Shown one piece after another: positions 1 to 10,625 of a stretch of DNA of 64,000 nt. The stretch spans positions 2,837,967 to 2,901,966 of the forward strand of contig MU058636.1 in NCBI GenBank assembly GCA_013265495.1, read 5' to 3'. This stretch comes from Vicugna vicugna (taxonomy: Eukaryota). How positions within the stretch are numbered: position 1 is the first letter of the stretch; each line of letters opens with the position of its first letter. The notes under the pieces were generated by a model. It saw only the letters and a list, made by a program, of their open reading frames with translations, was not told the origin of the DNA and searched no databases. The position numbers and the translations under genes are program-made.

Positions 1-240
1 GGGGGGGGGGCAAGGCCCCGCCCCTGGTGGGCCCCCAGCTCCCCGAGGGGCCGCGCGCGCGCGCGCGCGTGGTTGCCCACGCGGCCGACAGGGGCGGTGC
101 GGGTGGCGCTCGGGTGCGGGTGCCCTTCAGGTCCCCGGTGCCGAGCACGCGGGCCAGCAGCAGCCCCCTGCCCTTCTCTCTTCCGGGCAGCTGACCTCCC
201 AGCGCGGTCACATCATCACCGCGCCTCCAGGTCTGAGAAT
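1..240. promoter_or_regulatory. CpG-dense patch with GC box and (CG)9 run
   Basis: (CG)9 at 52-69, CCCCGCCCC at 16-24, many CpGs. Truncated by the window edge. Confidence 0.5.
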
Positions 241-761
241 TAAGGCCACTTGACTGAATTGGCCTCCTGCGCAAGATGTTTCCTTTCTCAAGAGGAGCGG
301 GGAGAGAGCCAGCAAGGATGATTACAACAAATGCAACCCTCGTGGTCCCCTCCCCGCACCGTGTCCTCCACGCTGCCGGCTCAGGGAAGCGCACGGCTAG
401 GTGTTCACGGCAGAGGGGGGTTTGCTGCGCGGCCACGCAAGTCCTGCAAACGGGCATCGTCACCCCCGGTCTCGGGGGCAGAAAGACCTCTGGGCACAAA
501 CCCAAGTCGAGAAAGAGAGGGAGGTGGGGAGACGGCGCCAGAGGACCCTAAATGGGGGTTCAGGGCGTCCGGGGTTGAGGCTTCAACGCTGGAATGAGGA
601 GGACCCCCACCAAATGGCGGAAGGAAGATGCGGTAGCCCCACTTCTGGGCGTGGGGAGACACTCAAAAAGCAAAGGGCAGGCTCTGCAGCTCTCCGCGGG
701 GCACGGCCCGGAGCGGCTGGAATGCTCGGCATCACACTGCGCACCGAAGCCTTTGACGGAA

Positions 762-767
762 TTTATT
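762..767 (-). terminator. Distal polyadenylation signal AATAAA
   Basis: + strand tttatt at 762-767. On the minus strand it has AU-rich sequence upstream and GTGCGCAGTGTGATG downstream. Confidence 0.75.
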
Positions 768-918
768 AGGATTTGCAGAAGCATGGGAGAATGTACCACA
801 AAACAGTCTGGCTTTACAACATGAAGTACGGTATCAGTGTACAGAGTTGTCAGCGAAAATGGGATACAGAGCAGAATTTCACATTTTTTTAAAGGTGACG
901 GACATCTACGCTTGTCCT

Positions 919-929
919 TAAAATAAAAA
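919..929 (-). promoter_or_regulatory. AU-rich element UUUUUAUUUUA, candidate HuR site
   Basis: + strand taaaataaaaa, about 155 nt upstream of the AATAAA in the mRNA. Confidence 0.45.
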
Positions 930-1654
930 CGGGGGAAACCAGCAGAGGCCAATCTGATTTGCAGTTAGTGTGTCAGAATCTAAATCTAGTATCACAATTA
1001 TAAGAAACTATAAGAAAACTATTAGAAAAATAGAACCTCAAACAAGCAAAAAATATTGTACAATTTACATAATAAAAAACGCTCTGGTCTTTTCATAATG
1101 GCTCCACGTTCAGTAGAAGTGTACTGGAGAAACCACAGCTTTCAGGTTTGACGGTAAACCAACCCTCATTACGATCATCACCCTCTGTGCTCCTCAAACC
1201 CAGCAATGCTGAAAGGCACAACTTAAGCAGGAAACTTATTTTAAATATATATTATAACTTCCAAATGGGAAAATAAGTCCCAAACTTAAAAAGTTTATCA
1301 TCAAGAAACACAAAATCATTATACATACCTTGTTAATAATTTAACAAAGTCTGAATGCATCTTCCCAGCCCTGCTCCCTGACCCTGAGAAATCCGAGTTG
1401 GACTTCAAGCCACAGTTTTTCATCTCATGGGGATTTTTGCAGCCGGCAGTTCAACATGTCTGTAGGGCGATCCAGGGGGCTCCTGAGAACTGCACCCCAA
1501 GACCCTTGACTGGTCCAGCTCCCTCTTGAAAGAGCACTGCCACTCAGTGAGGCAGCAGGCACAGAAAGACTGGGGCATGTAATGAACAGGAAGGTCAGTT
1601 GACTTTTTTTGCCTAAACCACCCAACAGGCATCGTAACCATGGTGATGAGATAC

Positions 1655-1661
1655 GGAGTGT
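1655..1661 (-). promoter_or_regulatory. miR-122 7mer-m8 seed site (ACACUCC)
   Basis: + strand ggagtgt equals miR-122 nt 2-8. Confidence 0.55.
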
Positions 1662-3060
1662 ACGTAGCTTCTTGCACCACCGGATCAATAAAGCATTTCA
1701 TTACCAAAGAGAGTCCAGAAGAGTCTGACAAAATGTACATCTTGCTCCCCCGCTAAGGGGCCTTATATATCACACTCTCATTATGAGGGAAGACAGATAT
1801 ATTTTAAATTATACATAACATTTATACACAACATATATTTAGGTCCACTAGGATCAGCTAACTCTGTAAGAGTTCGCACACAAGCGTCACACGCCTGCGC
1901 CCAGAGTCACACCGCCCCATTCCTCCCAGAACGCGCGGGGAGGCGGCCCGGCCCAGAGACCCCTCACTCTGTCCTCATGGTGCCAACAGAACAATGGGCT
2001 GAGTCAACGTGTCCAAGTGGGACATTCAGACCAGGAAAGACGGGTCTTGGCGGGGAGTCAGCAAGTTTTCTGCAGCAGCAAGACCCCCAAAATGCCCGTG
2101 GGCTCCCCTGCAATCTGGGTGGGGCCTTTAGGAGACATGCCCACCCCTAGGAACTCCTCCCCCCCACGCTCAGAGCGCTGGCTCTGGGGTTAGGCTAGAG
2201 GTCATTCTAGGCGGGACGGTAAGCCCCTGTCCAGTCATTGCCGGCCTGGCGGGGCGGGGTGGAGGCGAGACCTGGTACAGAGCTGGTTCCCACCCACCCT
2301 CCGACCCACAAGCATGAAGCTCAGTGCACACAGTGCAAGGGTCCTGCCGGGCCGGGCGCCTCTGCCAGGTGTGAACAGGTGTGCCAGAGGTACAGAGCAG
2401 TGTCAGGGGCCCAGGGCGGGCAGAGAAGCCCCCAGTGTGCTGCAGTCACCTGTGCACACAGTGGGCAGGAGGCCGGTGGTGTCCAAACCACAGGGGCCAG
2501 GTGGCCGATCACCTGATGGAGGTGAGGGTGGGGGATATGAGTGATCCTGACAATGGTATGAACAGCAGCCTCTCCGAAACGGCCTGGAAAGATGGCTCTA
2601 TCGCCCCTCCTCTGGGCTTGGGAAAACAGCTCAGCCCAAAGCCAGGCAGAGGGGGTGTGAGCAGTGGGTTGGGGGCCATGCAGAGGCCTGAGCTCCCAGC
2701 GAAGGTCCTCACCCCCGCCTGGGGGCTTGTGTCTCCACAGAGGCCCCCGCACCCCTCACTCCTCAGCACAGGTCCTGAGGGCCCCGCCATTTGCTGCTTT
2801 GTGGGTTTTCACAAGGCCACCGGCAGCAGGACGGGACACTTACTCATCACAAATGGGTCTTTCCAACGTGGCGATCTGGGGCTGGCGCAGAGAAAAGCAG
2901 ACACACTATCCCCCGCAGGTGTGTCTTGAGAAAGGGGGAGTTTCTGACTGAGCAGGAACTCGCGGCCGGGCCATGAAACTTGGAACCGTACTCCGGTCTG
3001 CGGGGAGTCGGGGTTGGGGGCTGAGATGTGAAACTGTCCGCACTTCCGGTGGTTATTTTT

Positions 3061-3110
3061 GCCTGTGTGTGTGCGTGTGTGCGTGTTGTCTGTGTATGCG
3101 CGTGTGTGCC
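3061..3110. repeat. Imperfect (TG)n/(CA)n microsatellite in the 3'UTR
   Basis: gcctgtgtgtgtgcgtgtgtgcgtgttgtctgtgtatgcgcgtgtgtgcc. Confidence 0.8.
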
Positions 3111-4399
3111 CACCTCAGGGGTAGGAAGGAGGGGCATGTGGTAAGAAAGCCTGCTGACACTGGGAGGCACCCCCCAGACACCATTCCTGGCAACACTGCC
3201 CCCCACACAGGAGAGGAAACCCCAGGCGACTGTATGACAGCCGCTCTCAGGTGGAACACCGGCCCCTGCGCCGATCACATCGCCCTGGGGCCCCTTCCAA
3301 GGGGGGCTCCTGCCTGGCGGGGAGGTTGCAGGGCTTCTCCTGACGCCCCCTGGGCCCTTCTGTGGGGCACCTGGCGGCTCTGGGTGACGGAGGAGACCCG
3401 TCTGTCGGGACGTGCTCATCCCTGGAGATGCTGAGACACACCTTCTCGGCTGCAGAGCGGCACGTGTTGCTGCAATGCCCACTGTACAGAGTCGGCTGGG
3501 GGCTGCCGTTCAAAGACGTTTCAGCCAGAAAGAGAAAGTCACAAGAGCACCTGTCCCCCGTCGTGGACGCCCTCCTTCCCTCACGCTCTCTGCCTCTGCA
3601 GACAGACGGCAGGCTAGTCAGACACACAGCGAACAGGCCCCCGGCAGACAGCAGACAACGAAACCCCAACAAAATAAGTTAACATTTATCAAAATACTGT
3701 ACAGCACCAATCTATATAAATTTAAATACCTTTCTTTGGAAGTCCGAGCTTTGGGCTCTTAACAATCCTCCCTCTGGAAGATTCACAAATGATATTAAGA
3801 ATGAAGCATCCACGACTGACCAGGGTGGCCAGAGTCTGGGACGGAGGGCCAGCCTGGCCTGCCCACCCCCGCCGCCCCAACCGTGGAGCCCCTTCACTCG
3901 TTTTTGCATTTTTCTCCAAGAACCTTCAGGGGCAGAGGGAGAGAAGCCAAGTATCATCAGTTTATCAGGCTTTTTTCTACCAGATTTGGGACAAAGGCCA
4001 GCAGGGGAAAGAGGGAAATCTACGCTTCAAAGCAGCATTTACATTTTCCATGGTGTCCAAATGCTTGCCCCTCACCTCTGGCCAGCACAGGCCCTTCCAT
4101 CCCCTGAATTACACTCTCGCAGGACGGAAGGCTCAGCCTGTCCACAAGGAATGTCCTGGGGGCGCGGGAGGGAGTGCGTGTGCCCAGGGACACCGGTGCC
4201 CCACGGGCTGAGACCTGGAGGCAGGGGGGTCCGGGGCAGGTTACCAACCTATATACAAACCCGCAGCATCTGGATGACACACACACGAGGCCCAGAAGTA
4301 TGAGCCCACACTGCCTCGTGCAGACCCCACACCCTGAAGAACAAGGGGTAAATTACTCAGCCTCTTTCCAAGTCAATGCTCAGCACCAACTGAATTTGG

Positions 4400-4406
4400 T
4401 GGAGTG
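4400..4406 (-). promoter_or_regulatory. miR-122 7mer-A1 seed site (CACUCCA)
   Basis: + strand tggagtg, about 1.1 kb into the 3'UTR. Confidence 0.6.
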
Positions 4407-5505
4407 ATTCACAGCAACTAACAAGAGGACTCCATCTGATAAGAGGTGGCCATAAGAGGTGGTCAGAGATGCTGTCGGCGGCCAGAAGCAGCTGGGAGGA
4501 CCCAGGCTATCACTCAGAAAGAGCAGATGCCACCTCAAGAACCTTACAGGATCCAAGAAACTGACCCACACGCAGCAAAGGCAGGACTTGGTGCAGAGCA
4601 AAGACCAGAGAGAGTGGGGCTCTAAGCTCCGTGATCTGAGGTGGGTCCAACATAAACTTGTGGACTTCCAGTTGCTTAGGACCCAGCCAGCAGTGAGAAC
4701 CGGCCAGGGGCCTGGAGGGACCGTGGCAGAAAGAGGTCCCCACGCACACCTGCCAGGCAGAGCCAGCCCTTCCCGGCCACCGCCTGTGCCATGCGTGGTC
4801 TGCCCTGCCGCCAGAGTGTGCAGGGTGCCCAGTCTGTCACGGTGACAGAGCAAAGGCCCTGCCTGGAAGGTGAGGGGGCGGTCACCGTCCTACGACCCCC
4901 CTGGAGGCAACTCAGAGGGCAGGAACGGGAGAAACAGACAGTCTAGGTTTTCCTTTCCGAGTAAACTAAACCAACCCGCTGTCCTTTGGTCCGGGGGTGG
5001 CGTGGCTGGGGACATACTGATTCGTGGTGCTCCTCCTGCACGAGGGCTGGCTGTGTGGGGCCGAGCAGGGAGGTGGGGACTACAAGTCTGGAGTATGCAC
5101 ATTGTCGATTCCAGAAGAGTCCCTGGAAGGGGAGGCCTGGACTCCTAAGGTGATGAGAGATGGTGACCTCCACTGTGCCGGAGGCCGCAGCAGCAGGGTT
5201 GCCAAGCTGGCGAGGAGAGGGGCTGCTCCCTTTGTTCAGAGCAGGGTTTGGAGACATGGTGGTCAGCCACAGCCACGCGGCCCCCGCCAGGGAGCTGCCG
5301 GGTGACCGGGGCCTGGGAGGGCCGGCCTGAGCAGGACGCACGAACTGGGGGCTGCAGCTGCAGGCCCAGTAGCTGCACGGTCTGCTGCAGGGGGCTTGGT
5401 GAGTGTGGGTGGGTCCTGGAACGCAGGTGAGGGGAGCCAGGTGCTTCCGGGGCTTCTGAGGGCATCCCCCAGGGCTGCTGCCACCTCCGGGGGCGGGGCT
5501 GGGCG

Positions 5506-5609
5506 TCACTTGCAATGGTCCAAGTTACCATCAGGAGTCCTTGCTTGGTCAGCAGCCAGGGACGCCTCCTCGCTGTGCCAGACCCCGTAGCCAAAGTAGA
5601 TGAAGAAGC
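5506..5609 (-). CDS. SLC7A1: SLC7A1 exon 13 coding part (GFFIYFGYGVWHSEEASLAADQARTPDGNLDHCK*)
   Basis: Acceptor ccccacag|GC, 104 nt, stop TGA at 5508-5506. Confidence 0.97.
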
Positions 5610-6985
5610 CTGTGGGGCGAGCAGAGGCCGGGTGAGCGGGGTGTGGAGGGGGCCTCTCTGGGTGGCCTGCCCCAGGCCTGAGCCTCCCGGGCAGCAGCCC
5701 TTGGGGAAGGGACACCGCTCTTCAAACAGGGTCACCTCTATGTGCGGCAGAGGCACGTCCTTCTGGGCAGCCTCCCGTGAGGGAGGCACCGAGCAGGGGG
5801 AGCTGCTGGGCTGGGGCCCGGGTCCCTCAGCCTCATCCACCGACCACCTGGCCAGGGGCCCCTCAGCCACAGGAGGGGACAGGACAGACCCTCCAGGAGT
5901 CTGACGGTCCTGGCCAGGGCGGCTTTCCAGCGGGAACCTATTTGTGCCATCTTCCAGCCCGTTTTCCCTATGTAGGTGTCTCAGGCAGGAGGCATTCAGG
6001 TCTCCTGGGAATGCATGCAACCCATGAATCCAGTGTTCCAGCGCTGGGGAGCCGCAGAGGTCAGGGGTGGGGCCCAGAGACCTGTGCCCTAACCACTCCC
6101 TCCTGGGGAAGGGGGTGCCCTTGTGTCAGTGACACAGGAGAGCAGACCTTAAAGGAAGGACCAGCCACCAAAAGCCCTGGAGAGAAGTGAACGCCTTGGA
6201 ATCAAGGAGCTTCCATCGGGGACTCCGTAGGGAGCACTGCGGGCCGGCCTCGGCTGCTCACCAAACAGCTCCACAGGAGCCGAGTGCCTGACTAGACCCG
6301 GCCTAGGCTCCGCGGACAGCGAGTTGGCAGCCCACCCCGCCCCGAGGGCAGCACCGGGGCTGGAGGTGTGGCAGCAACATGGTCTGGAGGCCACTGCTCT
6401 CATCAGGGACCTGGAGGTCAAGGCCAGTCCTCTGGGCATTGGCACCTGGCCTCTGACACTGAAGAAGGAATCTGAGTCCATCTCCACAGCCCCTGCTGTT
6501 GGAGGCCCAGAGAGGGGGCTACAGTGAGTGCAAAACGGGGCCAGCACCCACAGGGTGACACCCAGCCTCCCATGGGTCCGGCCAGTCCCTGCGGCCGTGG
6601 GCTAGGCTGCAGCTGCCGGCGGGGTGAGCAAACCGCTGCTTCACCAATGGCAGGCTCACGGGCTTGTTCTTAGAACGTCAGGCTCTCTCGCCCAACAAGA
6701 TAACTAGTTCAGGCCAAAGGCTATTAAAATGAGAATCATCTAAAAGGGAGGGAGGACCCACAGCCTCCCAGAAGTTCCCTGCTCACTGAGAGAAAACCGC
6801 TGACTGCGCTGTTTCCACTGTGTTTTGAAATCTGAACCAGGGGAGGCTGGAGGACAAGGGCCACCCAGCAGGAGCAGGGGAGACAGGTGAGCAGCACAGA
6901 CGGGGCGGGGCAGGGTGGGAGGGGCAGGCCGGGAGACACCAGGACGCTGGCAGGCAGGTCACAGCAAAACCCAGGACGCACGTAC

Positions 6986-7094
6986 CGATGAGCATCCACA
7001 CGGCAAACCGCACCCATGTGCCCTGGTCCAGCTGCATCATGAGATAGACGTTCACAAAGATGCTCAGGACGGGAAGAACCGGCAAGAAGGGCAC
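6986..7094 (-). CDS. SLC7A1: SLC7A1 exon 12 ([36 protein letters not shown])
   Basis: Acceptor tttgcag|GTG, donor G|gtacgt, 109 nt. Confidence 0.97.
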
Positions 7095-7280
7095 CTGCAA
7101 AGACAGGAGGCGGCAGCGTCACCCGGCTGAGTGGGGAGCTCAGGACACAGGACTGCCTCCGCCTGAAGCATTCAGCAACACTGCCCGAGACAAGAGAGCA
7201 CCCCTGACGCTCTTCTGGAGGCCGCGTCCTTGTGGGGAGGGGAGTGAGTGCCGGCTCCCACCCTGCACCCCTCACATATA

Positions 7281-7462
7281 TCCTGTACCCCAAACACACA
7301 CCCGTGCCCCCAAACACACACCCCATGCCCCAGCACATACCCCTGTACCCCCAAATACACTCCCCTGTACCCCAGGACACATGCCATTTCCCCAACACTT
7401 ACCCCGTACGCCCAACACATTCCCCTGAACCCCCAGCCCCACCCACAAATACACGCCCACAC
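7281..7462. repeat. Degenerate minisatellite of about 20 bp (cctgtaccccaaacacacac-like)
   Basis: Roughly 8-9 diverged units containing tacccc/cccc...acac. Confidence 0.7.
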
Positions 7463-7839
7463 AGGCAAGTCCTGGAAGGTGGGAGTTTGGCTCTAATTTA
7501 CTGATTGCCAAAGCGAGCTCTACTCGAACTCCTGCTTTATCTCAAAGACTGAACTATTTTATTATTTGTAGAATCTAAACATGCAGAAGCCCTGGTTATC
7601 TCCAAGACCTGGATGACATGCGACCCACCAGGGCGGACATCTGTGAGAAGCCCCAGTGGACGAGGGGCCGGAAGGGGCCTTCTTCCACAGTCTGTCCTCT
7701 CTTGTCCCCCTGACCTGGCCGGCCAGCACCTCTTCCGGACACCCAGGCAGAGCCCACGTGGCAGGACAGCCTCCTGGAAGGAGTGCCAGGGTCACGGCCT
7801 CCCAGAGGGCTCCCTCCAGCCGCCGGCGGAGCTGCTCAC

Positions 7840-8006
7840 CTTAAATGACAGCTTGGTCTTGCTCTCGGGCTGCCGCCAGATGATGGCCGTGACGACCGAG
7901 CAGAGGAAGGCAGAGCCCATGAGCGCAAAGACTGCCCACAGCTCCCCTTTCGTCAGAGCCTCCTTTCCCAGCACGGCCACCATGCAGAAGGTGAGGATCA
8001 GAATCG
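7840..8006 (-). CDS. SLC7A1: SLC7A1 exon 11 ([10 protein letters not shown]...[11 protein letters not shown])
   Basis: Acceptor ctctctcag|CG, donor AAG|gtgagc, 167 nt. Confidence 0.97.
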
Positions 8007-8251
8007 CTGAGAGGGAGAAAGAGAGACACAGTTCAATCATTTTCAAGTTCCCACAGACATCCTCAGCCCTCCCCAAAACCCGCAGAGAGGACGGCAGGCT
8101 CCGTTGCTGCAGGGAGCAACCAAACCGGGGCAGGATGAGTGACATCACCGCCCAGGAGCCACCGGGCCCCGGCCCACCCCCGTGGGCGTGAAACCACGCG
8201 GTGCCCACAAGCGAGACCCCAAACACTGCTCGGGGAACAGGAGGGTCTTAC

Positions 8252-8469
8252 CTATGAGGCTGGTTGAGATGTTTACAATGAGACCTGAGAATTTGGAAGG
8301 GTCTGTATTTTTGGGCGAAAGCACACTTTTCCAAGAAAACTTTTCTGCTTCTGGTAAAAAGCCGGTCTGGGAGTCGCTGGTGCTGACCAGCTCATTCTGG
8401 TCGGCCTGGTCCAGCTCTTCGGTGGTTCTGGCCATCTGGTATACCATGTTAGGCTGCTCTGGCTGATAC
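8252..8469 (-). CDS. SLC7A1: SLC7A1 exon 10 ([11 protein letters not shown]...IVNISTSLI)
   Basis: Acceptor cttacag|G, donor G|gtaaga, 218 nt. Confidence 0.97.
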
Positions 8470-10115
8470 CTGTAAGGCAGCACGTTGCCTGACCATCATA
8501 ATGTGCGTCAATTAAGCAAAAGGACACGCTAATTGAAGCTCCTAGTACACCTTCAAAGGTAAGTTGCCTTGACACGAGGCATAAAACGGGAAGAAGATGG
8601 TCAGAATGACATATTCTCCAGCAAATGGAGACACAGGAGGAGTCCTGGGCCTCAGCTTCCGCTCCTGCTTCTGGGCAACACCCCCCTTGATGTGTCTGTT
8701 TTGAGGCAACACTTGACCTCCACCATGAACCAGCCCAGAGAGAAGTACTGAGACAATGTCTCTTGCTCTGAAAAGTGGCACTGGCCCTTGGGTACTTAAG
8801 ATATTCGGCCGCTTCAACAAAACGATGGCTGCAGGGAGCTAAAGGCGCAGCCAGAAATAGAAAGCCGTGGTATTGGGACCCCACTTGGTGCAGAGAGCCA
8901 GAGAAACGCGTCTGCGAGCTGCCGGAGTCGAGAAATTCTGTTTGGGAGATTTAATTGGATCACTTTATTTTAAAACTCCAAGTGCCTTAGAATAAATAAC
9001 TCTACAGAGCTGGGTGAAGGGCCAGTCTGTGGCAGGATTTCCAAGACACTAGCCACCTGCAAGGAAAGCAGTCATTTTAAATGAGGCCCCTTATCTGCTC
9101 AGCCAAAGTGAACAGAGCTCCCATCTCTTCCACTGACTTTGAAAAATGGAGTGCTTTATGAATTATTTTGCATATAATCTAAGAGCAAGTAAAAAGATAT
9201 TTAACGATTTTTTTCCCTGACTGGCTCACTTTATGCAACACCATTCGGTCAGTTAAGAAAGTGGAGAGGATCTCAGAGAAGATTCTAGCACTGAGCTCTT
9301 AAGAAGGAGTAAGTGGTCAGAAACAAGGAAACTAGTTTCAGCTGATTCTCCACAGCCACTGCTGGGGCTCAGGGCAGTTAAAGGAGCTGCGGGGCACATT
9401 AGTAACAGAATCAGGGGCCTCGCAAGTATAACAACCTGAAAAAAAAGCAGGGGGCACTCTTGCCAGGTGAGCAGCACCGAGAGTCTCCGTGAACACATGG
9501 AGGTGCTTGGGATGTCCGCGACCGGGGTCGTTCCTGGGGGCAAAGAAGCTGTCTCGCAGAGCACAGGAAATGGGAGCAGGGTGTGCTTTCAGAGGGGGCA
9601 CCACGGCAGCTGAGAACACCGGGACACCAAGCCTGGGCCCAGAACTGCCATCCACGGGGCCGGTCACCCACGCAACGCCAAAAACTGGCCCTCACTCCTC
9701 CAAGGGCGGCACAGTGTTGCCACAGAAGCATCACACTGACCCGCGTTCCACAGGTCTTGGGTTCTCCCAACTCTCACCAGGGCCAGGACCCAGTCTCCTC
9801 TGTCCTAAGAACCTGGACCAGGTGGAAATTATTGCCCTAAGCCTTCAAAAATTCTGATCCAAGGATCCAGGCCCAATAGGCAGGTCAATAACCTGTCTCT
9901 ATCCTTCTAACATCTGGTCAGAATACTCAGCACCTGAGACAGATGGGGCCACCGGACGCTCTTCAAGGATGTTCTCGGTAACTAGGCTCCCATCTACCAG
10001 ACCCACCCTCCCCCAGGCAGTCCCCGAAGGAGCTTTCCACAACCTGAATCACACCGTGAAAACCATGAACGTGAACCGTTAATAGGAAGGCTGGCAGTTA
10101 AAAGGAAATCTGCTA

Positions 10116-10367
<252 letters not shown>

Positions 10368-10469
10368 TTAAAGGGAAGCAAAGCTCAGGACTGAGCCACA
10401 CACGCAGTCCTCAACAGGGAACTGCAATAGTTGACATTTCTGTAGAGATTACTTTCATCAACTTGACGC

Positions 10470-10625
10470 TTTTTGATCCTCATGGCAATTTTGCAAGCTA
10501 TCCCTACGCTAAAGATGGAGAAAGTGAAGTTCAGATACATTGGGAGACTTACCTAAGATCACACAGCTAAAAAGGGGAAAAGTCAAGACCTGAGCTAGGT
10601 TCTTATGGCTCTGAGTCCAGCGTGT
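10470..10625 (-). mobile_element. MIR SINE fragment
   Basis: agatggagaaagtgaagttcaga...acttacctaagatcacacagcta resembles the MIR core. Confidence 0.7.

Larger units (their letters stand above)
745..5505 (-). other. SLC7A1: SLC7A1 3'UTR, about 4.75 kb
   Basis: Runs from the TGA at 5508-5506 to the first canonical AATAAA I saw on the minus strand (762-767). A long 3'UTR is typical of CAT-1. The cleavage site is estimated. Confidence 0.8.

Noticed and set aside
276-952. Possible MTUS2 terminal exon or an ERV fragment at the left end
   Set aside because: No MTUS2-like coiled-coil peptide, LTR termini or PBS recognised.
5145-6020. 291-aa minus-strand ORF overlapping the last exon
   Set aside because: Out of frame with SLC7A1, Pro/Gly/Ser-rich, no recognisable domain; expected in GC-rich DNA.
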